DNA of 64,000 nucleotides from a bacterium (GCA_029979505.1 JAPOHH010000002.1:118-64117), one strand, 5' to 3'; shown: positions 30,409 to 41,460, numbered from the stretch's first letter. Notes: a model not told the origin generated them from the sequence alone. Program-made: numbers and translations.

Positions 30409-31720
30409 CTTTTATATATTTAATAACATTTTTCGTGTTCTTATTAGATAATATTAAGATATTATCAAATTTTTTTTCATTGGACAGATATTGGCCTATT
30501 TGAGATTCACATTCAATAACATTTATTTTAATGTTATTGCTGAAGTACCTCTTAAGCTTATTATTATTAGTTATTATAAGTACTGAGTTAGACTTTTTGA
30601 GTGACATTAATAGATTATTGTTATGTACACCAAGATTTATAGAATTTGAATTTGGGAGGAATATAGTCAGCATACTCTTCTTTTTATATTTATTTTTGAT
30701 TGTTTCAATCGCAGATTTTATCGCAGTAGGATGATGTGCAAAATCATCAAATATGTTGATATTATTTATATTACCTATAAATTCCATTCTTTTTTTAACA
30801 CCCTTAAATGATGATAAGCTTTCTATTTGCTTGTCTATCTTATTACTGATTTGATTGCATGTAGCTAGTGAGAATACAGCATTGATGTAATTATGATGAC
30901 CCATTAAATTAGTTGGTAACTTATATGTTTTATTTTTTATTTTTAATTTATAGTAATCAGATTTTTCTAAGCTATACTCGCCAGAATCTTTTTTTGTATT
31001 TACAGATATAAGTTTTGACCAACATCCTAGATTAAGTAAATCTCTTATATTTTTATCATTAGTGTTGAATATTATTTTTCCATTAGATGGAATAAGTCTG
31101 ATCATATGATGAAATGATTTTTTAATATCATCAATATTTTTAAATATATCAGCATGATCAAACTCAATATTATTGATTACGAGAGTATTGGGTTTGTAGT
31201 GAATAAATTTTGATCTTTTATCGAAGAATGCCGTATCATATTCATCAGCTTCTATTATAAAGTATTTTGATTTTGTTAATTTTACAGAAGCCATCGTTCC
31301 AGACGGATCACCTCCGATTAGATAACTAGGATTTAATTTCAACTTATTCATTATATGAGCAATCATTGTAGTCGTAGTCGTTTTTCCATGTGTACCACTA
31401 ATGGCGATAATATGTTTATTTTTTAATATATTTTTAGCTAACCACTCAGGGCCTGAAGTATAATTTAATTTATATTTTAAAATATACTCAACAACAGGAT
31501 TACCTCTTGTCATAACATTGCCAATTAGTATTAAATCTTTATTTTTTATGTCTTTAATCTTATGGCCAATAATTATATTAATATCATGTTTTTCAAGCAC
31601 TGATTTTATAGGATCATAAGCTGCACTATCAGAGCCAGTAACGTCGTGACCTATCTTTTTTGCAAGGATTGCAATACCTGACATAAATGTTCCACAAATC
31701 CCTAGGATGTGAATCTTCAT
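30392..31720 (-). CDS. mpl: UDP-N-acetylmuramate:L-alanyl-gamma-D-glutamyl-meso-DAP ligase (Mpl)
   Basis: N-terminus 'MKIHILGICGTFMSGIA' characteristic of Mpl; Mur ligase 'GTHGKTTTT' P-loop. Confidence 0.8.
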   Translation of the reverse strand: MKIHILGICGTFMSGIAILAKKIGHDVTGSDSAAYDPIKSVLEKHDINIIIGHKIKDIKNKDLILIGNVMTRGNPVVEYILKYKLNYTSGPEWLAKNILKNKHIIAISGTHGKTTTTTMIAHIMNKLKLNPSYLIGGDPSGTMASVKLTKSKYFIIEADEYDTAFFDKRSKFIHYKPNTLVINNIEFDHADIFKNIDDIKKSFHHMIRLIPSNGKIIFNTNDKNIRDLLNLGCWSKLISVNTKKDSGEYSLEKSDYYKLKIKNKTYKLPTNLMGHHNYINAVFSLATCNQISNKIDKQIESLSSFKGVKKRMEFIGNINNINIFDDFAHHPTAIKSAIETIKNKYKKKSMLTIFLPNSNSINLGVHNNNLLMSLKKSNSVLIITNNNKLKRYFSNNIKINVIECESQIGQYLSNEKKFDNILILSNKNTKNVIKYIKDELHG

Positions 31721-32232
31721 ATAAGTAAGGAAAGGACGATAATAAGCATAAACCCTATTATCATGCTATACAAAAATGAAATTGATAAACCCATAAAAGT
31801 TGTACAGTCTAATGTATGTTTAAATACGTGCCCATAAATAAGCCATGAGTATACTGTCGCTATCATGATTATATATATTACTGATTTTGAATCTCCACTT
31901 AAAAAGAAAATGGCACTGGTTATAAAGCCTATAATTGCATGTATTCCTAATATAGTTGTTGCTGACTGTACATAACGTATTTTATAACCTTTATTTTCCG
32001 TCATGTTTTCTTTGACACTCAAAATTGTTTGAACAAAAAATAAACTTGCTCCAACGTATATTAGTGCAGTTATCACTGCGATCCCAAGGTTATAGTTAAT
32101 ATCATTAGGAATTAAACTGATAAGGATATTTGCTATAATGAATACGTTAAGTAGATTCTTACTCGATGGAAGATCCTGTGGCCCTTTTTTGAAGAGCATT
32201 ATATCTGTGAAAGTTGTGAATATTCCATTCAT
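31717..32232 (-). CDS. Hypothetical inner-membrane protein (about 5 TM)
   Basis: Hydrophobicity pattern only; overlaps the mpl stop. Confidence 0.4.
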   Translation of the reverse strand: MNGIFTTFTDIMLFKKGPQDLPSSKNLLNVFIIANILISLIPNDINYNLGIAVITALIYVGASLFFVQTILSVKENMTENKGYKIRYVQSATTILGIHAIIGFITSAIFFLSGDSKSVIYIIMIATVYSWLIYGHVFKHTLDCTTFMGLSISFLYSMIIGFMLIIVLSLLI

Positions 32233-32276
32233 AAAGTGGTATAATTTGGTCTAATATTTATTAGAAGGATAGCATA

Positions 32277-32906
32277 TTGGACGACAAGTCTATAATTAAA
32301 TCATATAAAAGAGTATCAAGTTTTTATGATTATACGTTTGGCAAGGTATTCAGACCTGGCCAAAAAAAATTAGTCAGTATGATGGAGTGTACTTCCACTG
32401 ACAAAGTTCTAGAGATTGGTATAGGCACTGGAACATCATATAGTTTTTATCCTGAGGAAACCTCAGTGGTTGGTATAGATATTTCTCCTGATATGTTACA
32501 AAGAGCTGAAAATCACATAAGAACTTCTAATCTTAAAAATAAAAGAGTCATTATGATGAATGGCGAGAACTTGGACTTTGAAGATAACTCATTTGATAAA
32601 GTTGTTGGAATGTATGTAGTCTCTGTTACTCAGAACCCTGATCTATTAATCAAAGAAATGAAGAGAGTTTGCAAACCTAATGGCGATATTTATCTTGTTA
32701 ATCATTTTAGCTTTGATACTGATAATAGAATAGTAAAGTTTTTAGAAAAAAGATTGATGCCAATAAGTAAATACCTTGGTTGGAGACCTTATTTCCCATT
32801 TTCTGAGTTCAATGCTTATGCAAAATTAAATGTTCAGTCAATTTCAAAAATTAATATTTTTGATTATTGGGGAATAATTCACGCAATAAATAGTCCGGCT
32901 GATTAA
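32277..32906 (+). CDS. Class I SAM-dependent methyltransferase (Methyltransf_11-like; possibly phospholipid N-methyltransferase-like)
   Basis: Motif I 'VLEIGIGTG', motif post-I 'VVGIDIS'; 209 aa. Confidence 0.6.
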   Translation: MDDKSIIKSYKRVSSFYDYTFGKVFRPGQKKLVSMMECTSTDKVLEIGIGTGTSYSFYPEETSVVGIDISPDMLQRAENHIRTSNLKNKRVIMMNGENLDFEDNSFDKVVGMYVVSVTQNPDLLIKEMKRVCKPNGDIYLVNHFSFDTDNRIVKFLEKRLMPISKYLGWRPYFPFSEFNAYAKLNVQSISKINIFDYWGIIHAINSPAD

Positions 32907-33217
32907 GATACTGCCTCATCAATCATTTTTTGCAATTCACCAGATTTATGCAAATCTAATGTTATATCACAGCCACCAATAAGTTCACCTTTAATATATA
33001 GCTGAGGAAATGTTGGCCAATCTGCAAACTTAGGAAGCTCTTGCATAATCTCTGAGTCTAGAATGACATTTACGTATGAAAATTCTTTACCACAACTTTT
33101 AAGTGCCTCTACAGTTCTAGATGAAAAACCGCACATCGGCATTTGTGGTGTTCCTTTCATATAGATTATTACTGGGCTCTCTTCTACTTGTTTTTTTATT
33201 CTTTCTAATGCTGACAT
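32903..33217 (-). CDS. grxD: Monothiol glutaredoxin Grx4/GrxD
   Basis: 'CGFS' active site ('MPMCGFSSRT'), 104 aa. Confidence 0.85.
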   Translation of the reverse strand: MSALERIKKQVEESPVIIYMKGTPQMPMCGFSSRTVEALKSCGKEFSYVNVILDSEIMQELPKFADWPTFPQLYIKGELIGGCDITLDLHKSGELQKMIDEAVS

Positions 33218-33252
33218 AATTTCTCCTTTATATATATTGAATTATATATGTA

Positions 33253-35025
33253 CTATATCTTTACATCAATATTAAGTTGAAACCACCTTTCTAGTAAGGT
33301 AAAGTGCCAGAGTTCATTGCCATTCAAGTTAGTAAAATTTTCGTTTGGTTCATGAAGTAATTTATCAATATACTTCCTATTATATATATCTCTATTTAAA
33401 GCAGCATCGCTATTAAGTATTTTGTTACAATAATCATAGAATTTATCTTTGATAATTTTAAGTGGCGGAACAGGAAAGTAAAATTTATCTCTATAAATTA
33501 TTTCTTCTTTAAGATAATCCTCAGAAAGTTTTTTTAAATAGTATTTGCTGGTATTTTTGATTTTATCGGACCCTTTTACAGACAACATGAAAGTGATTAA
33601 ATCTATATCAAGAAAAGGAACCCTTGCTTCTAGTGCGTGTGCCATTGTCATATTATCAACACGTTTTACAGGATCATCGATTATAAACATTGAAAGTTCT
33701 AAACGAAATACTTTATCTAATGTTGTTAAATCAGGACTCATTTCATTCATTAATTTACTAATATCATCATGTACATGATTACCATCAATATATTTACTAT
33801 TTACGATATTTTTATAGTCATCAAAAGATCTATCAAAATAATATTTAGATAATGTTTCAATTTCTTTAGATTCTTTATCTCTCATAATCTTTTCATACCA
33901 AAAATATCCTCCAAAAACTTCATCAGCACCTTGCCCACTTAGAACTACTTTATTATGCCTAGATACTTTATTTGCTAGTAAAAAGAATGCTGATGAATCC
34001 TGACTAACCATAGGCTCGCTCATATTTGAGATTACCAAGTCGAGATTATTAAATAGTTCTTTATCATCAATATTATATTTTATATGTGAGGTCTGGAAAT
34101 CCTTTGCGACTATATCTGAATAATAAAATTCATTACCAACTTCTTCGTTGATAGTATTGAAACCAATAGAGTATGTACTAATATCATCTTTGTATTTTTT
34201 TGCTATTGCTGTAATTAAACTTGAATCAAGACCACCTGATAATAATATACCGACTGGTACATCAGCTATATTAATTCTTTTTTCAACAGCTTTCCTGAGA
34301 AGATATTTTGAATGCTCTAGAATATCTTCTTCATTTTTATTCTCTACACCAACTTCATTAACATTGTAATATTTATTTATATAAGATTTTCCAGCTTTTG
34401 TAATATTCATATAATGACCTGGTTCTAGTTTATGTATGTCATTTATTAATGTATGTGGTGCAGGTACTACTGAATGAAGTGTAAATTGATACTGGAGTGC
34501 TATTGGATTTATTTGAATATTATCACCTTTTCTTATAAGACCACTCATCGATGAAGAAAATATAAATCTATTTTGATTTAATGAATAATAAAGAGGTTTT
34601 ATTCCTATTCTATCTCTAGCTAAGAACAAATTATGTTTCTTAATGTCGTATATTGCAAATGAAAAAACACCATCTAAATACTTTACACATTCATTTCCAT
34701 ATTCGATATATAATCTAATGATTACTTCTGTATCTCCGGAAGAATTAAAAATGTGACCTTTTTTAACTAGATTATTTCGAATTTCTTTATAGTTATAAAT
34801 AACCCCATTGAATATAATCACCATGTCATCAATTCTCATCGGTTGATTTGATTTCTTAGAAGTATCAATTATAGATAGTCTATGATGACCGAGGAATATA
34901 TTTTTATCTTTAAATGTGCCTTTTGAATCATTTCCACGACTGGCAATGGAGTTCATTAAATTAGTTAATTGATTATCATTGAAATCTCTCTCATCAAATT
35001 TAAATTCACCACAAATTCCACACAT
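33253..35025 (-). CDS. asnB: Asparagine synthase (glutamine-hydrolysing) AsnB
   Basis: N-terminal 'MCGICG' Ntn amidotransferase; 'SGGLDSS' PP-loop. Confidence 0.85.
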   Translation of the reverse strand: MCGICGEFKFDERDFNDNQLTNLMNSIASRGNDSKGTFKDKNIFLGHHRLSIIDTSKKSNQPMRIDDMVIIFNGVIYNYKEIRNNLVKKGHIFNSSGDTEVIIRLYIEYGNECVKYLDGVFSFAIYDIKKHNLFLARDRIGIKPLYYSLNQNRFIFSSSMSGLIRKGDNIQINPIALQYQFTLHSVVPAPHTLINDIHKLEPGHYMNITKAGKSYINKYYNVNEVGVENKNEEDILEHSKYLLRKAVEKRINIADVPVGILLSGGLDSSLITAIAKKYKDDISTYSIGFNTINEEVGNEFYYSDIVAKDFQTSHIKYNIDDKELFNNLDLVISNMSEPMVSQDSSAFFLLANKVSRHNKVVLSGQGADEVFGGYFWYEKIMRDKESKEIETLSKYYFDRSFDDYKNIVNSKYIDGNHVHDDISKLMNEMSPDLTTLDKVFRLELSMFIIDDPVKRVDNMTMAHALEARVPFLDIDLITFMLSVKGSDKIKNTSKYYLKKLSEDYLKEEIIYRDKFYFPVPPLKIIKDKFYDYCNKILNSDAALNRDIYNRKYIDKLLHEPNENFTNLNGNELWHFTLLERWFQLNIDVKI

Positions 35026-35105
35026 CTCTAGTAATATCTCCTATGGATTAAATAGATTTCTTCATTTATCATTAGACATAATTTTAATCAACAAATGAGG
35101 TATAT

Positions 35106-35723
35106 ATGAATCCTTTATTATCAATAAAAGGTACTATAATTTCGGGTTTTCTACTAGCAATTGTATTTATAATGATACTAGCTGATGGAACTATCCCTAT
35201 AGAAGCTGAGGGCTATATTAGATGGTTACACTACTTATCAGGTGTTACATGGATAGGGCTTCTATACTATTTTAATTTTGTTCAAGTTCCTGCTATGGCT
35301 AAAGCTACTGCAGATAAAGAACCTGGGCCTGCAGCTATAGGTAAATATGTAGCTCCTTTGGCATTATTATGGTTTAGATGGGGAGCTGTCGTTACATGGT
35401 TAACTGGTGCTGCTTATCTTGGTCATCATGGTCAATTTGTTGATGCATTTACATTTGCAGGAGGCTATAGTTCCGTAATAGGTGCGGGGGCCTGGCTTGG
35501 TACAATTATGTTATTTAATGTATGGGTACTAATTTGGCCAAATCAACAAAAAGTATTAGGTTTAGTTGATGCAACTCCTGATGAAATAGCTAAAGCTAAA
35601 ACAACTGCTTTACTTGCATCTAGAACAAATACAGCACTTAGTATTCCTATGCTTCTGTTTATGGGCGCCGCACATCATCCGGGCTTAGTTTCAGTAGCAT
35701 CTTTGATAACAGTAATCGTTTAA
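35106..35723 (+). CDS. Hypothetical integral membrane protein (HemJ/PuuD-N-like helical fold?)
   Basis: Four hydrophobic segments, 'WLHYLSGVTWIGLLYYFNF' reminiscent of HemJ/DUF989-type proteins; no CXXCH. Confidence 0.35.
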   Translation: MNPLLSIKGTIISGFLLAIVFIMILADGTIPIEAEGYIRWLHYLSGVTWIGLLYYFNFVQVPAMAKATADKEPGPAAIGKYVAPLALLWFRWGAVVTWLTGAAYLGHHGQFVDAFTFAGGYSSVIGAGAWLGTIMLFNVWVLIWPNQQKVLGLVDATPDEIAKAKTTALLASRTNTALSIPMLLFMGAAHHPGLVSVASLITVIV

Positions 35724-35782
35724 TCAAAAAAAAACCTAACCTGATTACTCAGGTTAGGTTTTAAATACTAAATACAACCAGA

Positions 35783-36859
35783 TTAGAATCTATGAGTTAA
35801 TCCAATACCTCTAGTTGTCACGTCAGATCCTGTTGAATCAAAATCTTGTTTAGCATAACCAAAGACAAGGTCTGATGTTTTGCTAAGATTCATCTTCGCA
35901 GAAATTCCAAGTGTTTTATAGTCTTGCGTAGCTGCTCCGTCTGAATCACCTTTCGCATAAACAACTTGTAAATCTGTAGACCCCATTGAGTAGTGTGTTC
36001 CGATAGTTGTGATATCACCACTTGCAACACCAGATAAGTAACTTCCAGATATTTGTAGATCTTCAAGTGAGACAAAAACGCCAGCATTTGGCATCACTTT
36101 CATTGAAGCATAAAATCTATCATTACTTGTACCGTCAGCTTGTGAGTGACCTCTTGAATAACCTAACACTAACCCAGGCATAAACATGTCTTTGAGTTGA
36201 AGACCCATAGAGTAGTCGCCTTGATCTGTATTTGATTGATCGCCAGCTGCTGTTTCTGTATCATTAACTGCATACTGATATGCTAGCTCTAATGGACCCA
36301 TCTGATTGTGGTATGCAATCATACCTTCAACAGTTCCATCTATACCACCATTACCTCTACTTGTACCACCATGTTGGTTTAATGCCCAAGCAGTATCCAT
36401 ATTGTGGTCAAATTGCCCCATAGTTTTATATGGAGATTCATATGTCCCCATACCAATGTAACCAAAAGCTGTTTTAAATCCTAAATTACCAACATGAAGG
36501 TTAAATGTTCTACAATCATTTGAGCTGTTACAGTTAGTAACACCATCTTCTGATGTGCCATCAATACCATCGAATTTGTATTCTAGATTTCCTATTAATT
36601 GAAGACCTCCTCCTAAGTTTTCTTTAAACTTAAGACCGAGTCTACTTTTGTTTCCACCATCTTCCAATGATTCATCATCAGCAGCTTTACCAACTGATCT
36701 ATCGTCATAACCAACATACATACGTCCGTAGAAATGAACGCCAGATGATGATTTTGCCGATGACATTGAGCTATGTCCATTATCAGACATTGGGTGCCCA
36801 CCTGCATAAGAAGCTAATGAAAATGATGTAAGTAATAAAATACTTAATATTTTTTTCAT
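35783..36859 (-). CDS. Outer-membrane general porin (paralog of 8788-9891)
   Basis: Signal peptide, beta-strand periodicity, C-terminal 'LTHRF'. Confidence 0.75.
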   Translation of the reverse strand: MKKILSILLLTSFSLASYAGGHPMSDNGHSSMSSAKSSSGVHFYGRMYVGYDDRSVGKAADDESLEDGGNKSRLGLKFKENLGGGLQLIGNLEYKFDGIDGTSEDGVTNCNSSNDCRTFNLHVGNLGFKTAFGYIGMGTYESPYKTMGQFDHNMDTAWALNQHGGTSRGNGGIDGTVEGMIAYHNQMGPLELAYQYAVNDTETAAGDQSNTDQGDYSMGLQLKDMFMPGLVLGYSRGHSQADGTSNDRFYASMKVMPNAGVFVSLEDLQISGSYLSGVASGDITTIGTHYSMGSTDLQVVYAKGDSDGAATQDYKTLGISAKMNLSKTSDLVFGYAKQDFDSTGSDVTTRGIGLTHRF

Positions 36860-37002
36860 GATTTCCCCTATTGTTTAACGTTAACATCACTATTCTAGGT
36901 GAAATTGCACCAAAAATAAACATTTTTATAGGGTAATACTAATCTATACTGATTATCTAGATTTATAAATAAATTGATATAGAATGTCCTTTCCATGAGA
37001 AA

Positions 37003-38190
37003 ATGGTTATGTCTATGAAAAGCAATATTATGCCAACCTATAATAGGAAGCCTGTTACCTTTGTTAGAGGAGATGGGGTTTACCTATATGATGATAAAGG
37101 TAACAAATATATTGATGCGCTTTGTGGTCTTGCAGTTACAAGCTTAGGGCACTCACATCCTATTATCTCTCAAGCAATCAAGAAACAATCGCAAACATTA
37201 CTTCATACATCAAACGCATTTATCATTGATCACCAGGAGATGCTCGCAAAAAGATTGTGCCAGTTAACAGGTATGGATAATGCATTTTTTTGTAATTCAG
37301 GTGCAGAGGCAGTTGAGGCAGCTATCAAGATTGCAAGAAAATATGGACATGAAAGAGGGTTCAGTAATCCAAAAATTATTGTTATGTCGAATAGTTTTCA
37401 TGGCAGAACAATGGGCGCGATGAGTGCCACGAGTAATAAAAATTCGCATGAATCGTTCGGCCCAATCATAGACGGATTAATAAGAGTCAATTTTAATGAT
37501 ATTGATGATATTAAAAATGTAATAGCCTCTAATGGAGATATTTCAGCAGTTTTATTAGAGCCTATTCAAGGTGAGGGTGGAATTATATCTTGTGATATAG
37601 AATATTTACAAGAATTAGATAAATTATGTAAAGAGAAAGATATACTACTTATGACTGATGAAGTTCAGTCCGGGTTTTGTAGAACAGGGAGATGGTTCAG
37701 TTATCAACATTTCAATATTATTCCAGATGTTGTTATGGTTGCAAAAGCATTAGGTAATGGAGTGCCTATAGGGGCATGTCTTGCTAAAAATGATGCTGCA
37801 AATATTCTAAAAGCAGGTATGCATGGTTCTACTTTTGGTGGTAATTATTTATCTACAGCTGTGGGACTTGCAGTATTAGATGTAATGAGAGATTCGCAGA
37901 TATGTATGAATGTTAAACATATCAGCGATGTAATGAAAAATGCATGCGATAGTCAACTTAATCCTCTTAATGCAGTTTCTGAAATTAGAATTTATGGAAT
38001 GATGATAGGTGTTGAACTAAAAATAAATTGTACAGAACTTGTTGTTAAAGCTCTCGAAAAAGGACTAGTCCTAAATGTAACAAAAGAAAAAATTATTAGA
38101 CTTTTGCCGCCTTTAATCTGTAAAGATGAACATATAATTAAAATAGTCGATATAATAAAACAGTTAATTAAAGAAAATTATGAAAACTAG
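37003..38190 (+). CDS. argD: Acetylornithine/succinylornithine aminotransferase ArgD
   Basis: Class III PLP aminotransferase; 'DEVQSGFCRTG', Lys in 'MVAKALGNG'. Confidence 0.8.
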   Translation: MVMSMKSNIMPTYNRKPVTFVRGDGVYLYDDKGNKYIDALCGLAVTSLGHSHPIISQAIKKQSQTLLHTSNAFIIDHQEMLAKRLCQLTGMDNAFFCNSGAEAVEAAIKIARKYGHERGFSNPKIIVMSNSFHGRTMGAMSATSNKNSHESFGPIIDGLIRVNFNDIDDIKNVIASNGDISAVLLEPIQGEGGIISCDIEYLQELDKLCKEKDILLMTDEVQSGFCRTGRWFSYQHFNIIPDVVMVAKALGNGVPIGACLAKNDAANILKAGMHGSTFGGNYLSTAVGLAVLDVMRDSQICMNVKHISDVMKNACDSQLNPLNAVSEIRIYGMMIGVELKINCTELVVKALEKGLVLNVTKEKIIRLLPPLICKDEHIIKIVDIIKQLIKENYEN

Positions 38191-39094
38191 ACACTTTAGA
38201 TCACTCATAGATATTAATACAAGTGAATTTAATAAGATAATTCAAGATGCAATTAGTTATAAAGCATTAGATAAAATTAATAATGTTCCAAGAAATTATA
38301 CTAATAAAACATTAGCAATGATTTTTAAAAAAAACTCTACAAGAACTAGAGTTTCTTTTGAGACCGCTATGTTTAAATTGGGCGGACATGCAATATTTTT
38401 GTCTGAAGATTCTTCACAGCTAAAAAGGGGTGAAGATATTTCTGATACAGGTAAAGTCTTATCAGGTATGGTAGATTTGATAATGATTAGAACTAATAGT
38501 CATGATGAAATCAAAAAACTAGCCGAAAATTCATCAGCACCTGTAATTAATGGATTATGTAATCTATTTCATCCGTGTCAATTATTAGCAGATATGCAAA
38601 CTATAACAGAAATTAAAGGTAATGATTTATCAGACCTTACAATGGCATGGATAGGCGATGGAAATAATATGTGTAATTCATATATAAATGCATCTAAGTT
38701 ACTAGGTTTCAAACTCAAAATTTCTACACCGCACGGCTATGAGCCTGATGATTACACTTTAGATAAATTTGGTGAAAATGTTGAGCTATGTGAATTGCCA
38801 GGTTCTGCTGTTGAAGAGGCTGATGTTGTTACTACAGACGTTTGGACTAGCATGGGAGATGAAAAAGAGGATGAGGAAAGGAAAAAAATATTTAAAAGCT
38901 ACCAAGTTAATATGAATCTTATGTCCAAAGCCAAAGAGAGTGCAATCTTTTTACATTGTTTACCTGCACATAGAGGTGAAGAGATCGATGATATGATTAT
39001 AGACTCTAAATACAGTGCTGTATGGCAGCAAGCACATAATAGGTTATATAGTAGTATGGCTTTAATTAACTTCTTGTTGACAGTTCAAGACTAA
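38180..39094 (+). CDS. argF: Ornithine carbamoyltransferase ArgF
   Basis: 'STRTRVSFE' CP-binding motif, 'HCLPAHRGEE'. Confidence 0.85.
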   Translation: MKTRHFRSLIDINTSEFNKIIQDAISYKALDKINNVPRNYTNKTLAMIFKKNSTRTRVSFETAMFKLGGHAIFLSEDSSQLKRGEDISDTGKVLSGMVDLIMIRTNSHDEIKKLAENSSAPVINGLCNLFHPCQLLADMQTITEIKGNDLSDLTMAWIGDGNNMCNSYINASKLLGFKLKISTPHGYEPDDYTLDKFGENVELCELPGSAVEEADVVTTDVWTSMGDEKEDEERKKIFKSYQVNMNLMSKAKESAIFLHCLPAHRGEEIDDMIIDSKYSAVWQQAHNRLYSSMALINFLLTVQD

Positions 39095-40809
39095 AGATTT
39101 TTAATTAAACTTTCTCTAGTTGCTTTGTCATCACATTTCAAAACTTTGTGAATAGCTTTTGCTATCTTCTCAGTATCACTTCGCAGTATAATATTTTTAA
39201 CTTCTGGTATCGCCTGAGGATGCATACTAAAAGATTTTAGACCAAGACCAAGAAGAACTTTAGTATAGAAGGCTTCACCAGCCATCTCACCACAAACACT
39301 AACATCAATTTTAGCTTTGTTACAAGATTCAATAACTTTCTTTACAAGATTGAGCACTGCAGGCTCTGTTGGATCGTAGAGGCTAGATACCTCATCATCA
39401 ATGCGATCAATTGCAAGTGTATACTGAACTAGATCATTTGTTCCTATAGACATAAAATCAATATGTTTAGCCAATATATCCGCCTGCAAAGCGCAAGCTG
39501 GAACTTCTACCATTACTCCAAGAGCATATTCATTCGTAAATTTCTTTCTTTCTTTTTTTAATTCATCTCTAGCATCATTAATAATCTCTTTAGCCTTAAA
39601 GATTTCACTTACATTAGTAATCATAGGAATCAGTATTCTAAGTTTTTTATTATATCCAGCTCTAAGCATAGCTTTAATTTGTGTTTTAAAAATATTTTTT
39701 TCAACAAGACTATATCTAATACCTCGTAGACCCAATGCAGGATTTTTTGCTATATCTCCTGCTTTTATATTTTCTGAGACTTCCTTATCTGAACCTATAT
39801 CAAGAGTTCTTATTGTCACAGTTTTTTTCATCATCTTCTTGAAAACTTTTTTATAAGCGAATACTTGTTCGTCTTCAGTAGGGAGATCACTTCGATTCAT
39901 ATATAGGTATTCTGTTCTATAGAGTCCTATTCCATCACAGTTACCATCTAAAAATTTCACTTCTTCCGATAATTCTATATTGGACATAATTTTTATAATT
40001 TTTCCATCACATGTTACTGATTTCTTCTTTAAAACTTTTTTTAAATCTAAATTTAACGATGTATTTTTATTATTAAGACGTTTGAAATATCTGATTTCAT
40101 TTTCATCTGGATTAATTATAATTTCATTATTCTCTGAGTGCATGATAAGGAAATCATTATCTTTAATAATATTATTTGATGCATCAGCTTTCACCATCAT
40201 AGGTAAAGATAAACTTTTACTTAGAATTGCACTATGAGAGGATTTACTACCATGAGATGTTATTACACCCAAAGCATTACTGTAATATATGTCGATAATT
40301 TCTTTCGGAGTAATTTCATCTGTAATTACAATTTTATTTCGTAAATTAATATTTTTTAAACTCTGATCAGTTGTGTTATTTCTTAAAAAATTTAGAAGAC
40401 TCATAACCATTTGCTTAATGTCTATTAATCTCTCTCTAATATATTTATCTTCAATTCCCTCAAATGATTTTTCAATTTTCTGATATTCAGTAGCGATTGA
40501 CCAATTTACAGTATATAAGTCATTTCTAATTTTTTCAGTGATATTCTTCTGGAAGCTTTTATCATCGATAAAGTACAGTTGAGTTTCCATAAGCTTTTTA
40601 AGCGTTGAATTATCTTTGACCTTATCTCTTGATTTCTCATACTCTTCTCTAATATTTGTTAAAGATTTTTTGAATTTTTCAATCTCCTTTGCAATCTGGG
40701 ATTTCTTGATAAATGAGGGAGCATAGTCAATATTATTTTTATCAATATAAATTGCTTCACCTAAACATATGCCTTTGGAGATACTATCGCCTTTAATTAT
40801 CAGACTCAT
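39091..40809 (-). CDS. ptsI: PTS Enzyme I (PEP-protein phosphotransferase), no GAF domain
   Basis: 572 aa; PEP-utilising 'GSKSSHSAILS' His region; C-terminal PEP-binding TIM barrel 'GIGLYRTE'. Confidence 0.8.
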   Translation of the reverse strand: MSLIIKGDSISKGICLGEAIYIDKNNIDYAPSFIKKSQIAKEIEKFKKSLTNIREEYEKSRDKVKDNSTLKKLMETQLYFIDDKSFQKNITEKIRNDLYTVNWSIATEYQKIEKSFEGIEDKYIRERLIDIKQMVMSLLNFLRNNTTDQSLKNINLRNKIVITDEITPKEIIDIYYSNALGVITSHGSKSSHSAILSKSLSLPMMVKADASNNIIKDNDFLIMHSENNEIIINPDENEIRYFKRLNNKNTSLNLDLKKVLKKKSVTCDGKIIKIMSNIELSEEVKFLDGNCDGIGLYRTEYLYMNRSDLPTEDEQVFAYKKVFKKMMKKTVTIRTLDIGSDKEVSENIKAGDIAKNPALGLRGIRYSLVEKNIFKTQIKAMLRAGYNKKLRILIPMITNVSEIFKAKEIINDARDELKKERKKFTNEYALGVMVEVPACALQADILAKHIDFMSIGTNDLVQYTLAIDRIDDEVSSLYDPTEPAVLNLVKKVIESCNKAKIDVSVCGEMAGEAFYTKVLLGLGLKSFSMHPQAIPEVKNIILRSDTEKIAKAIHKVLKCDDKATRESLIKNL

Positions 40810-41075
40810 AAACCCTCATCAAAACCATTTTGGAATAATTCTTCTATAGAGTTCATAGCTTGCTCCTGATCTTCACCATCTATATTTACTTTTAAAACTG
40901 AGCCTCTAGATGCAGACAACATTAATAACTTCATAATACTCCTAGCATCAGCACTTTTGTCATCTTTTACAAGTGTAATTTCTGAATTAAAGTTATTTGA
41001 TAAGGATACTAATTTTGCTGCAGCTCTGGCATGCAGTCCTAATTTATTCAATATTGTTAAGTTTTTAGAAATCAT
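40806..41075 (-). CDS. ptsO: HPr-family phosphocarrier (NPr-like)
   Basis: 'NKLGLHARAAAKL' His-15 region; 89 aa. Confidence 0.8.
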   Translation of the reverse strand: MISKNLTILNKLGLHARAAAKLVSLSNNFNSEITLVKDDKSADARSIMKLLMLSASRGSVLKVNIDGEDQEQAMNSIEELFQNGFDEGL

Positions 41076-41079
41076 TGAT

Positions 41080-41460
41080 TTATAATTTCATTATACCAGC
41101 AATCCCACCTTCAATAGCTTTATCAGCAAGATCATTAAGAGAATTAGTTGGATAATTAAACACATTTAAAAGCATAGATAGATTTAACCCAGCAACTACT
41201 CTTATATTTTTATGATTAATAGATTTTGCAATATTTGATGGAGTGGTGCCAATTATATCAGTTAATATTAAAACACCATTGCCTTTATCTAGAAATTTAA
41301 CATATTTCTGTCCCAATTCTTTAACATCATTTGGATGATCATAATTATCAACTGATAGTATCTCAACACGAAAAGGGTTTTTGCCGAAAACTGATGTGGC
41401 AGTTAGCAACATTTGTTTGCCTATGTCGCTATGAGTAATCATTAATATACCTACATTCAT
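41080..41460 (-). CDS. PTS EIIA component, mannose/fructose/sorbose family (stand-alone)
   Basis: 'MNVGILMITHSDIG' with conserved His; 126 aa. Confidence 0.65.
   Translation of the reverse strand: MNVGILMITHSDIGKQMLLTATSVFGKNPFRVEILSVDNYDHPNDVKELGQKYVKFLDKGNGVLILTDIIGTTPSNIAKSINHKNIRVVAGLNLSMLLNVFNYPTNSLNDLADKAIEGGIAGIMKL

Noticed and set aside
36872-36886. Palindrome TTAACGTTAA in the porin/argD divergent region as a possible ARG box
   Set aside because: It does not match the ArgR box consensus (TNTGAATWWWWATTCANW). A 10-bp AT-rich palindrome is not surprising by chance at this composition.
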